NCBI RefSeq assembly: GCF_000181795.1
Contig: NW_003526945.1
Span: 1,918,971 to 1,982,970, forward strand
Direction: 5' to 3'
Source of the DNA: Trichinella spiralis
Taxonomy: Eukaryota
Length of the DNA: 64,000 bases
In this document: piece by piece, positions 1 to 11,831 of the stretch
Position numbering within the stretch: position 1 is the first letter of the stretch
How the letters are laid out: each line of letters begins with the position of its first letter
The notes under the pieces: model-generated
Told to the model about the DNA's origin: nothing
The model's input: only the letters and a program-made list of their open reading frames with translations
Database searches by the model: none
Translations under genes and position numbers: made by a program

Positions 1-995
1 AAAAAGCAGAAAAATGAAATACTTGTCAGTAATTCTGAAACCGACTTCAGCAGCTACTTAACGCTATAATGAACTCAGAGAACGCTCAACGATGCTACTA
101 ATTGGCACGTAAATTAAACAAACAAACGCACCCTTACTGATGATAAGGCAGCGTTATAGCGATAGTTATTTGCATAATGCAGCGTTGGAAACCCGATTTT
201 TAGTGCGTTAGAACTTTTGGCTGAATATAAAGTCTAACCTAAGCCATAATATGAGCAGAAGAAATGCACTGCTAAATTCTATCAATAAGGAAAGGACTAT
301 TTGAAAATTCAAAAATGACCTTAACGTTTAAAATCCATTCAAAATATAAAGTAACTAAAACGCCGTAACTAAACAAAATTCACTTAGACAAAATACAACT
401 ACGTATGTCTGAAAATTTTCTTAAATCAGAAAATCAAGTAGCTGAAATGAAGCTAATTTCAAGTGAACAATTTGCGGATAAAAGCTTGCTTGTGGTCAAT
501 TAAAAGTGCATGTTAGCTACTGCAAAGGTGATTTTCGAAAGATCGTATTTTAATAATAGATAAACAATGCGTACAGGGTGTATTTAATCAATTTCGATTC
601 TCTACTGTATTGTCAAGTGATTATGACTTAAAAATGAAAAAATTGCCACTTACTGCTAAATGCGCCATTTTCTCATCGTTAACGTTCATTGTCTTCAGAT
701 GTTGATTGAAAACTTATTTTTCAGAAATTATTCCAAAAAATAATAATGAATAAAAAGCAAAAATAGTGTTTGGATTCAATGTTTGTCTTCAGTCAATTTT
801 CCAATCAAAACGCTGAGCTACCATCCACGGACGGCCTCAAACTGAAATGATTTCTATTAGGTTAACAAAAGCCAACGACCTCGCATGCAAATTTTTATTT
901 TATTCATTTCTGCTGATAAATATGACTACTGTACTTTTTTCCTTGTTCTTTATTTACTTATGCCCTCTGTTGTGGAGAAAATTTANNNNNNNNNN

Positions 996-1070
996 CAGAT
1001 CGCGGACGACACGAAGCAGATCGCGACGACACGAGCAGATCGAGGACACACGAGCAGACAAGAGAAGACA
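996..1070. repeat. Degenerate ~19-21 bp tandem repeat (CAGATCGCGACGACACGAG-like, ~3.5 units) at a contig edge
   Basis: cagatcgcggacgacacgaag / cagatcgcgacgacacgag / cagatcgaggacacacgag / cagac directly after the N gap. Confidence 0.75.
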
Positions 1071-1702
1071 AAGTTCCTGGGACCCCAATTCTGTAGGCCT
1101 GGGATTGGGATACTTCGAAAGGGTGAAGTTATCCCATAGTTGTAATTAAGTTAACGACCAACCTACATGGCTGAGTTTTGAATTAATGCAGTATTTGGTC
1201 TTTCACGCAGCAAAATTTATGTATGCAACTGCTTTCATGTGTCGAAATAATTTTTGATTTCATTTTATTTTGTAATTTTTGATTTTCTTTTCTTACATGG
1301 TTTTATTTTGAACACTTTCAAAAGCAAATTCTTTTTATTTTATTTTTATTTTTCAAACTGTTAAACTTCAACATTCATTCAAACTTTATTTTCCCCTACT
1401 TTATTTTATACATTTTATTCATTTTTTAATTTCTTCTATTATTTCTTATGAATCTTTTTTATTTTCACTTTTTTTCCTCCTCTATATTGTACATATTATT
1501 CTTTTTCAATTTATTTCTCAAATATTTTTCTCTGATTCTTTTATTTTGAGTTTGACTTTGTAAAACCTCTGACACATGTAAGCATTGCATACTAATAAGT
1601 AAACACGTAATAAACCATGGAAAAATAATGGACATGAAGAAGAAAGAAGACAAGTGGAGAAAGCCAAGATCGGTGAAAGGTTGTGGATAGGTTGGATCGA
1701 AT

Positions 1703-1751
1703 CGTTTGTTGGTCAATTTGCGTTCGTTGGTCAATTCCGTTCGTTGGTCAA
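1703..1751. repeat. 17-18 bp tandem repeat x3 (CGTTCGTTGGTCAATT)
   Basis: cgtttgttggtcaatttg / cgttcgttggtcaattc / cgttcgttggtcaa. Confidence 0.75.
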
Positions 1752-2458
1752 GTGAGGTAAGTATTGGCATGTTGGAGAAGATACGATGTGGCGATGTCGA
1801 GTATGGAAAGTTCTTCATTACAAAAAAAACACAAAGACACAATACACAGACGTAACAAAAGACCAATACTGCGTTATTTCTTAACGATGATGCTCATGTA
1901 GGATTAGTTAAAAAGGGGAAAATCATGTTTGCCATTACTAGTTGCCAGCCAGCAATATTAATTAGTTTATAGGAACAAAAACAAAACAGTTAAAATGGGG
2001 AAAAATCAAATAATACACGTAATACATGTAAATTAATAATCTATTTAAAAGTAAGAAAAAAAATTTTTTCTTTTAATATAAACCAAGAACAATGCAACAA
2101 CAACAACAATTCTTTATTAATGAAAAAGTTTATTTTTCAAAAAAAGATAAATGTGCAATGTAATACAAACACACAGATAAAGTCTGGCATAAATGAGTTC
2201 TGCGAAATGGCAAACATGCCGGAAATGGGACTTGAAATATTTAATGCAGGTGGAGGATGGAGAGACCAAAAATGGGCCNNNNNNNNNNTTTTACTTCATT
2301 TTCTGCTGATAAAATATGAACTACTGTACATTTTTTCATTGCTCTTTATTTACTTAATGCACTCTGTTTGTGGAGAAAATTTAATTGGAACTTTGCCAAA
2401 CATATAAACGTTTCTCATTACACAATGACCCTCTCCATTGTGTATGTTTGGTAGACGT

Positions 2459-2632
2459 TGTTACATGTGAATTCGAATGTATCTGTGGTGATGCAGGTAT
2501 TAGAATTCATTTTGTTGTAGTGAAGCCTCGCTATAGGCGTCGAACCTGAGTTTTTGTATTTCATAAATAAGGTAATTTAGTGTTTTGTGAGAAGATTTTT
2601 TATTAATCCGTAACCATTACATGGTGCGGTCG
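2459..2632 (+). mobile_element. Possible LTR fragment followed by a tRNA primer-binding site
   Basis: TGT...ACA bounded segment (2459-2621) immediately followed by TGGTGCGGTCG. No second LTR and no gag/pol seen. Confidence 0.25.
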
Positions 2633-3521
2633 TAAGCGGTAACTTCAACTCTGATTCGAGCAAGAGAGTGCCCTTTAATAGCAATGCAGTGACAAAAGGC
2701 AGCGGTATTTATTTTAAACAAATCTACCATCGAAATTTTAAAGTACTTGCATTTCATATACTGTAGTATTAATTCGTGCGTCATTTTCAAGACCACTTTG
2801 AATGATTGCTTAATAAAAATAGAACAAACTAAAAACTGTTGATTTATTTCAAAATTTTGTGTCTTTTTCTTTAACGTTTGAGATTTTCAAAATTCTGCTC
2901 ATTCCAACGATCACAAACAGCAATATTCGAATGTTTTGATGAAAAAACGTGAACTGAAAAAAGCTTTGCAACATGAAAATTTGCCTGTTTACCTGAAATG
3001 AAAATTATTGTTTTTTTTGTTATTATCGGTTTAAAATTTAGTTTTTTATAATTAACGCAATAAATTAGTGAAAATGTTTTTAAAAAAATTTGAACGAAAA
3101 TAAAGCAATATATTGAAAAGTTGCTTAATAAAAATAGATAATGTTTTAATCATTTTGGAAGAGGAAATTAAAGAATTTTATTCATTGTATCGATAGTGAA
3201 ACGTGGTGTCAAGCAAGATGATTAGAATGTGTTCAACAACAACTGATCTCAGGGCCCAGGAATGTGCATTTTACATTTCCAGTGCAAGAACATGCAAACA
3301 TAACGGCCAATAACAGCTTCTTCTATTTAAGCTTCCCCCAACTGATTAATCGCTTCCCGGTGAAAATCACAACTGCTCGCCTGACGCGAGCGACTAAACG
3401 TCAGTGTTGGCTTACTGATTGTTGCTTTCGAGAAGAAAGTGAAATAATAAGGAAAATATTTTTTCCGTAGCATTTTCCACGGCACTGTGACAAATTGAAT
3501 AAAACTAATTCGAAAATCACA

Positions 3522-4778
3522 ATGGGCAATATATTGTTTAATCGTCGAATTAGTCAAATTAATTTATTCGGCACTGCTGGAGTGTTTACCAGAGAACAAA
3601 TTGAAGAATATCAAGATTGCACCTTTTTCACTAAGAAAGATATAATGAGGTAAAATATTCTTTGGGCATTTTCAAATCGGATCAAATGTTGGATCAATTT
3701 TCTCGTGCAGACCTATGCATCTTAATTGTTTATTATTGATATTTTAATATATACCTTTTGTTTTGTTACATGATTCTTAAAAAATTCTATAAACCTGAAA
3801 CCGCTTTTTGAACATCTAATTATTTAAAATATACCAAAAATGAAACATATCTTTAATGTAGTGCAAAGCAGTTATGCAATAAATTAAAAATAGAAGAATA
3901 TTCTATGGAATTGCCTATATATATAACGTGTTTGCTTGTTATTTGTGCATAAATGAAAAACTTATCGATTACCTGAAATGTATGTCCATTTTTTACGATG
4001 CCAGTTCTTCTATACAGTTCAGAATATTTCGTACGTTTGTTGTAATATCAAATATGTTCACTTTTTCAGACTTTACAAACGCTTTTACGCTTTGAGTCCT
4101 GGATACGTGCCCGGAAGTATGCAAGGAGGTGCAACCAACGCCATTGCTGTACCTTATGAAGAAATTGAAAAAATGCCGGAGCTCAAAGTATATATATATA
4201 TACATATACATGAATTTAAATTAATTCAAAAAACATTACCAAGCTCATTTTAGGAGAATCCATTTCGAAAACGCATATGCCAAGTGTTCTCTTCTGACGG
4301 AAGTGGTAATTTAACATTCAATGACTTTTTGGATATGTTTTCCGTTCTTAGTGAAAGTGCCCCGTTGGACTTGAAATTAAATTACGCTTTTCGAATATAC
4401 GGTATAAACTTTATTTTACACTTCAAATGCTACAGTATTGTATAATTGTTATAATTGTCCAACTGATTCGATTATTAAATTTCAAGATTTCGACCAAGAC
4501 AACATGATCGGCAGAGACGATATAGAAAAAGCGATACGTTGCCTAACTCGAGAAGAACTAACTGAAGATGAAGTGGAATTTATAATCAGCAGGGTAATAC
4601 TTTTTTTCCAAATAATCATTAAATGTAATGAAATAATGGCCGAATACATTAAATCATTCAACTGCAGATCATGGACGAAGCAGATTTAGATATGAGCAAT
4701 TTTCTAAGCTTTGCTGAATTCGAGCACGTTGTCTCCAGATCACCGGATTTTTGTCGAACGTTTCACATTCGCATATGA
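3522..4778 (+). CDS. CIB: Calcium- and integrin-binding protein (CIB2/3-like EF-hand protein, calm-1-like), 5 exons
   Basis: GT-AG spliced reading: MGNILF...[27 protein letters not shown]...[40 protein letters not shown]...[15 protein letters not shown]...IMDEADLD...[21 protein letters not shown]-terminal MG and typical CIB C-terminus. Confidence 0.95.
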
Positions 4779-5196
4779 ATACTTTCATATATTATACAGA
4801 AAATTATCGCTCAATTCCAAATCAATTCTGCATTACAAATTTATCATCCATCTTACTGATGACTTAAAAATGAAACTAAAAATCTGCACACAATTTCCAT
4901 ACGGAAATTGTTCACTATAATAATGCATACGAAGAAAAAATACTGCTTTTGAAATAAAAGCAATAATTTTTCCTGTTCTATCCTTCTTTAAATCACCATG
5001 AATACCATTTATTTTAAAAAAATCTATCATGTTAAACAACTTTGCGTCTTACTGTAATTAAAAAATTCAATTTTAGTTTAAATTCTGTCATGCAACCGAG
5101 TAGAATTTATTTACCAAAACCAATCCAACTTAATGGTGCAATAATGAGTGCTTAAGAAAGATGTGATCAAGGTGAAAATTTTCCAAATACGTGCCT

Positions 5197-7217
5197 CTAC
5201 TTTGAATCGGAATGAATCTTTCCTTTGTTAACATCGTCCATCTTATTTGAAAGAGCTTTGTACATTGTCAAAGCCTGAAGGGAAAACAACCGCAAAATAA
5301 TAAAAATTATTAAACATAAAAATAAACAAAAAAATATATTTATGGAACTTACTTGCCCAACAACACCGGTCAAATTGGATGCATCAGCCGGCAATATTAA
5401 TGTATTGTTCGTTTTCGCCAAGTTTCCAAATGCATTCAAGTACTGCTCAGCTATAGCTAATGTGGCTGCATTATGACCATCCTAAAAAACCAAAAAACCA
5501 CTTTATTTCAAATTTAAATTTATTTATGCTTCAAAAATATGTAAAATATTTATAAAACAAAGATAAAAATAACATTATTTAACATTAAACATGCCTTTAA
5601 TTAAATTTACCTTGTTTGCCAAAGCGTTGGCAATGATTTGAATTGCTTTTGCTTTTGCTTCCGCTCTTGCTATTATAGCACTGGCATCTCCTAAAATTGA
5701 AAATAATCAAATGAACCTCATCAAAAGTATTCGCCTGCCTTGAGCTCTGTTAATTTTTTCTTGCATTTCTGCTTCGGAAGCCAAAATTTTTGCAGACTTC
5801 TTCCCTTCGGCAACGTTAATCTCAGCCACTCTTACTCCTGAATATAAAATATTCTTCACCATGTCAACAGTACATTTTTAAAAAATGAAAAAAAAATCAA
5901 TATCAAATTAAAGATAAACAACAAACAAAAAAATGTTTTAAACATTAACCTTCTGATTCCAGTACTGATGCTCTTTTGCGTCGTTCCGCTTCCACTTGCA
6001 TTTGCATCGCTTCTTCAATTTTCTTCGGCATTTTCATGTCTCCTGTATTAGTTGAAAACAATGTTCAAAATAAATAAAATCATTAAATCAACTAAAAAAC
6101 TTACTAATTTCGTAGCGCATACAAGTAATTCCCCAAGGACTGGCGGCTTTGTTCAACGCAACTATAAAATTTAAAATACAAGAACGTGGACAGAAAATTC
6201 CCACTTGACCGTAATTCAAAAAAATATTATCCTTAAAATTTACATTCACCACAACACTGTACTCGCATTTTCAAGAGCATACCAGCAATTAAAATGAACA
6301 ATAACAATTCAATATAATCAATTATTGGATAGAATAAAATAATTTACATTTCTAAATTCGTCTCATTGTCTTAAATATTGAATTCGAATTAAAAATTCAA
6401 AATCCAATACTTTCACCGTCATTTTGCTATACCCTAGTAAAAATTTTATAAAATATCAAATTCTAAAAAAGAAAAGATCCGCACAGACAAAGTGCAATAA
6501 TTCTTTCGACTTCTGTGAAATGTTTCTCTAAAAAAAACACAATATATTCTTACAAACAATGCTTTCATTCAGTGATTCACGTTCCCGAAACACCGTATCT
6601 AAAGTAATTTTCCCCACTTCAGACCGCATCGTCGTTTGAGCTAACTGAGTTATTGCAAACTCGGGTTCCTCAACTCCATAAGATGCCTGAAACAAAATTT
6701 CAAAAAATGCTACATTTTTGAAAATAATCATAAAAATGTTCGTCACTTTATACGGATCCACAATTCTCAGGTATAAAACTCCATCAATATTCAGCGCAAC
6801 GTTGTCTAAAACACAAAGCTCAAGGTACAGACTGAAATGTCAAGTTCATTCATAACAATTTCTTATGTTTCATTAAAAGCCAACACCAACCTATAGTGAT
6901 TGCGCTTTGTTGAGGAATTTCTATTGCAATTTCTTTCAAACTTTGTATATATTTAATCTGATCTATGATGGGTACTAAAATATTTAATCCCTAAACAAAA
7001 CCGATAAAATATGCTGTAATATGAAATAATTGCAAACTGGAACACTTGCTGGGTCTAATATTCGATAATATTTTCCCATTCTTTCAACAATCCAAGCTTC
7101 TTGTTGTGGTACAAATAAAATTATGGTATTAAACGCCGCACTGGATCTGTAACGTACACTTGATCGTAAGAAGTTTCTTCCCAATAAGTCAACCAGCAAA
7201 TGTCGAGCCGCTTGCAT
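5197..7217 (-). CDS. STOML2: Stomatin-like protein 2, mitochondrial (SPFH domain; stl-1 ortholog), multi-exon
   Basis: Exons encode FVPQQEAWIVERMGKY, GLNILVPIIDQIKYIQSLKEIAI, ASYGVEEPEFAITQLAQTTMRSEVGKI, WGITCMRYEI, AMQMQVEAERRKRA and AEQYLNAFGNLAKTNNTLILP. The Arg/Ser-rich N-terminus resembles a mitochondrial presequence. Confidence 0.96.
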
Positions 7218-7753
7218 GTCACCTTCTTTTCAAAATCAAAAAATAAGTTATACCACAATCCAAAATACTGATGTGATTCACAAAAAATGGATATAAATTT
7301 CTGACACAATCTCGATACACCTGCTACAATAAAAAGATTATCAAGTTCAATTCACCAATGATGTGAATACATTATCATACTTATTTACAGTATAATTAAC
7401 TCACTCAACTATGAGTAATTTACTGAATTACAATCGTCTAGGCATTTTTTAAAATTAGTTATATGGTTGACTAGGGCAAATGGTCTTTTAACACATTAAT
7501 TTTTAAATATCAGCTTACACAATTACAAAAAAACTTGCAATTGCGTTATTCAAATATTCCCTTTCAATAATAAATAACACAATGATACAAGGTAATGAAC
7601 AACAAATCCATTGGAATAACACTTTAACAATAGAACATTATCGTCGCAAGTGATCTTCATTTATTCTTCATATACTGTGTAAATTCAAAATCAGATTACA
7701 AATCAAGAATAAAATATCCCTAATGAGGCGAACAGTTCGTATTCGGACAGTGA

Positions 7754-10700
7754 TCATCGACGATAGCGATATTTCTTAAAATGAAACCACAGCTGAAAAA
7801 TGCCATTATAAAACTGGCAACGAAAACCTCTTTTGCACGATAATTCCCATTCTTTATTCACAATCTTAAAAGCTATATCCTAAATAGAATAAAACATATA
7901 TTCATATTTCATAGTGGTGATAAACTGGTATTTATTCCTTGAAAAAACTGCATATCAAGGCAATCTACTTACTTCATAGGGAGGGCCAGCCTCAATTTTC
8001 AATACGCAAAAATCGGGGTCATTCTCACAAGGAGATACTTTAAATCTCGGGGGCTTCGGTTCGATCAAATCCGGATAAAAAATCTACAATTCATGTTCAT
8101 ATGAGATGATTATTTGAATAAAAGACTTTAAGAAAATTTACATACATTAAATCTGTAGCCTTGCACAATTTTTGGTGGGGGATTTTCCAAATCGTAATGA
8201 GTTTGGTTGTACTTGTTCCATTCAAAACCCTGAATCAAAGTTCAATAAAAACAACCAAACAATGGTAATTGGTAATGTATTTACTGTGTGAACACGATTG
8301 AAATATCGCGGTTTTCTAGGTCGAAATCGATCTGACCACAAATATGCCCTTTCTTTTTGAATATTTTCTTCTACAGCAAACGTAGCTTCATCACTGGTCA
8401 TTCCCTTTTTTGCCTCAGCTATAAAATCATCCAGCCAGTTATTTTTATTCTAAAAAATCAAATAATCAAATATCATAATGAAAATCGAATCAAATCAAAT
8501 TTTCAAAAAACGGATATATTTATATATTACCAAATTGCAACGTAATGCGTTGATGTCATATTTTTTATGATCAGGTTCAAGCGGAACCACGTTTTGTGGA
8601 AGTGATTTGGGATTCAGGCACACTGGACTGTAATTTCCTTCTCTGTATGCTTTTATCGTTTCCGCTTCACGTTCTTCATTTGTCAGAGTTCTTGAATAAA
8701 ATACAGTAAATACATTTCATAAAAACGAAAAAAAAACATACTTCCATGTACGTTGGACAGGTTCCGTAATCTCTATCACGTCTGAGGGTTCGTTTTCTCT
8801 CTTAACGTGAATAAATTGAAAATTTTCACCAATAATCTTAAAATTCAAACGTTTACCTTTCGCTTGTATTTCTTTAAACGCCGCTCGTAATCTTCATTCA
8901 AACGCAAATAAGAAACGCGTAAGCGTAACAATGAAAGCACCATTTCCCAATATCCGACGTCTAATTCACTTTGATCAGTGTTCAGTTTGTTCTGGATCTG
9001 CTGTTCAAGAATTAACAAATGTTCCACATCCTTGCCATTCAGCATTTCTTCAATATCAGCGAAAACGGAGGCATGTATTTCCTGTCGGCGAGTAGAAGTT
9101 GGGGCTACACAAACATACCAAATAGTAATACCATACAAAAATAAAAATAAAACATATAAAAACAATGTATAAGCAGATTTCATACCGGAAGCGGCCAGCT
9201 GTTGATTCAATCGATGCTGCACAATTGTTGCCATATCACTCCAAAATTGACTGAGTGCTTCCCCATGATAATCTTGGTATACTTTTATATCCTCAAGCAG
9301 ATCCTCGTAATCACGAACTGTCAAATCCTAAATACAAAACAGTTTTAATATTTAGATAAATAAACACATCATAAAAGTAATTACTTAGTAATTTATTTAA
9401 TTTTTAAAAACTGCTATTCAACATTACCTCAGCATATTTAGTTGGTTCAAGAAATTCAAAATGTTCACAATCTTGATCTTCACCATCGCTTACATACGTT
9501 GCCAAATAATCAATTGGTTTAGCTACATCAAATATAAAAAAATATAAAAACCCGAATGCAGAAATTTGAATAAATTCATTATTACCGCGCCCTTCCCGCA
9601 TGCGAATACGACTTCGAGTTCGTGCTTGTTCCAAGTGAAACGTATTTTCTTGTTTAATCCAATTAACGAACTCCTTGTTTTCCCTTTCCCGCCGCAAAAC
9701 TTCCAATTGATTTTTCATCGCTTCTCGTTGCAAACGCTTTTCTCGAATTTTATCCAATTCCGTCTAAAAATGGTACATTATTCAAAACTTCAGATAAGGA
9801 AAAAACGACGATCTTTAAATGTTTTAAGCAAAATAATAATCATTGAATAAATAATACAAAATTATAATTTTACAAATTAAATGCATATTCTACAATCAAC
9901 TTATATCTGATATATGAGAACACTGCACAAAATACCTGATTTTCTAAAAGGCGTAGACGATTTTCTTCAATCAATTCGCTGGTCGTCACGTTCATACGCC
10001 CTTCTTTTTCGTATTTCTTTTGCCACATAAAAGGTTTCATAAGTTGTGGATCTCCGAAAGGATTGTCCACATTTGAATAGTCCTACAAACACAAATTTAC
10101 TTACTTTAATTAATAACACAGAACTGCCAACTGTCACGACAAAAAATATCAAGTATACTGTAAAAAATTTCCTCGTCAAACAAAACTTAATATTCCTTCA
10201 TTTTTCAAAAAAATTAAAACAATCTATTCAAAATCCAAAAAACTGTCTTACAATGTAATAATAAAATCAATTTGAAAATTGACAATTACAAAAAAAAAGT
10301 TACAATTATCATTTAACTTGCCAAACTCATGCAGCACATATTTCTTAAGAAACTAAAATTCCCTAGACTGCTTTAAAATATAAATTATGAAATAAGCCTA
10401 ATATAAAATAAAATAACAATCGAACAAACAACTATTGAGTATTTATCTTATGAAAAAACGCATTATTAAAAAACTGTCCTTACTGAAAAAGCTCCAGTCC
10501 AACCAAGTGCATTTCTTTGCCTAGCTTCTTTCGCCATTTTTTTCGCAATACGACGCGCTCTTTTCTGTTGAGGCGTTTCGTACGCTTTCATTAGCGCTTT
10601 TCGAAGTTTCTTCTGTTCAACAATCTTCTGTCGCTCTTCCTCTCTTACTCGCATTTCATCACTTGTGCCACTTTCGGATTCGCTGGAATCGATGTACCTT

Positions 10701-10792
10701 CTACTCTTTTTTCTTTTCGATGATGAACTTCTAGATTCGTGTTCGTGCTTCACTCTGTGGTGTCTGTGCTCAGATTTGTGCCTATGTCCCAT
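7754..10792 (-). CDS. CACTIN: Cactin (spliceosome-associated; cacn-1 ortholog), multi-exon
   Basis: ETPQQKRARRIAKK, DNPFGD..KPFMWQKK, FHLEQARTRSRIRMREGR, DVGYWE, RVHTGFEWNKYNQTHYD and C-terminal DIAFKIVNKEW...FQLWFHFKKYRYRR*. Confidence 0.96.
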
Positions 10793-11831
10793 TGTTCGGA
10801 CTAAAATTCTTAAGCTCAGCAACGTAACACGCTTTAAACACAAAGCAAACGACGGTGATGAAATGAGATAAAAACAAGTTTAAAATATAATAATAGATTA
10901 AATTCATTGAGCAGATAAACGCAATTACAAACTAAAACCAATTCTTTATCATTGAATATCTAAACTTCAGCAGAGGAAGGCAAGAAATAAAACAGATCAA
11001 CATACAAATCATCGATTTAAAAAAAGAACTCAGTTCAAAATAAGAAATAAATAATATACATATAAATTTAGAATAGTCTGAACTCTTAGATAATAAATCA
11101 AATCACAACATGACACGTATGAAAAGTTCATAGATAATACTGTAATTACAGTATAACAAAGGTAAAAGTTTTTTAAATACAGTGCTTACATAAAAGTTGT
11201 TTTAACATAAAACTTATAAAATTAAACTGATTTAAATGCTTGATAAAATAGCTGAATTGAATAAATTAAAATAAATTATTTTACTCATATATCGTTCTTA
11301 TTCTTTACTTAAATTTCTACTGTAATCATAAACAAGGAGCGATCTACTAATATATTTGGAATCAAACTGTCCTCGTTGAAATAGAACATTTTTGAAATTC
11401 ACATGTCGATAAAAAATTTCAAATTCTCTCGATGAAATTTTTTGGTTTTTTGCATAACCTGAAAATCGACTGCAAAAAATTAACAACAGTACACTTTAAC
11501 AAAACTATGAAGTTGATTGAAAAATAATTTTTGAATAAAACATTGTGCGTTTCATTATCATCATCACATATCGGTAATTTTATTTTTTCCTGAAAGTTTA
11601 AATACTTTGATATTAGAAATTATGGTGTTTATGTGTTATAGGCTAATTTTAATCTAGCAGTAAAAAAAGTAATTGTTTACCTATTTATTATTTTCTTAGA
11701 ATATTAGAAAATTTTATTCGATAATGTAATCAAAATAAAAAAAATGATGCAGATAACGATGATAAATTGGTTTTCCTGGATAAATGTAATTTTGAAAAGT
11801 CTTCGAAATCGAAGCATTTGAGGTTAGAGTC

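Noticed and set aside
225..246. CTAACCTAAGCC telomere-like hexamers
   Set aside because: Only two imperfect units; not an array
996..1070. Short repeats superficially like a CRISPR array
   Set aside because: Head-to-tail repeats without unique spacers, eukaryotic context, no cas genes
1106..1136. Hairpin TGGGATACTTC...GAAGTTATCCCA
   Set aside because: Too short for a pre-miRNA and no CTRR terminus to support a Helitron end
847..1149. ORFs 847-1149, 885-1139, 2120-2407 and 56171-56749 reading through N runs
   Set aside because: They cross assembly gaps, so the joined peptides are artefacts
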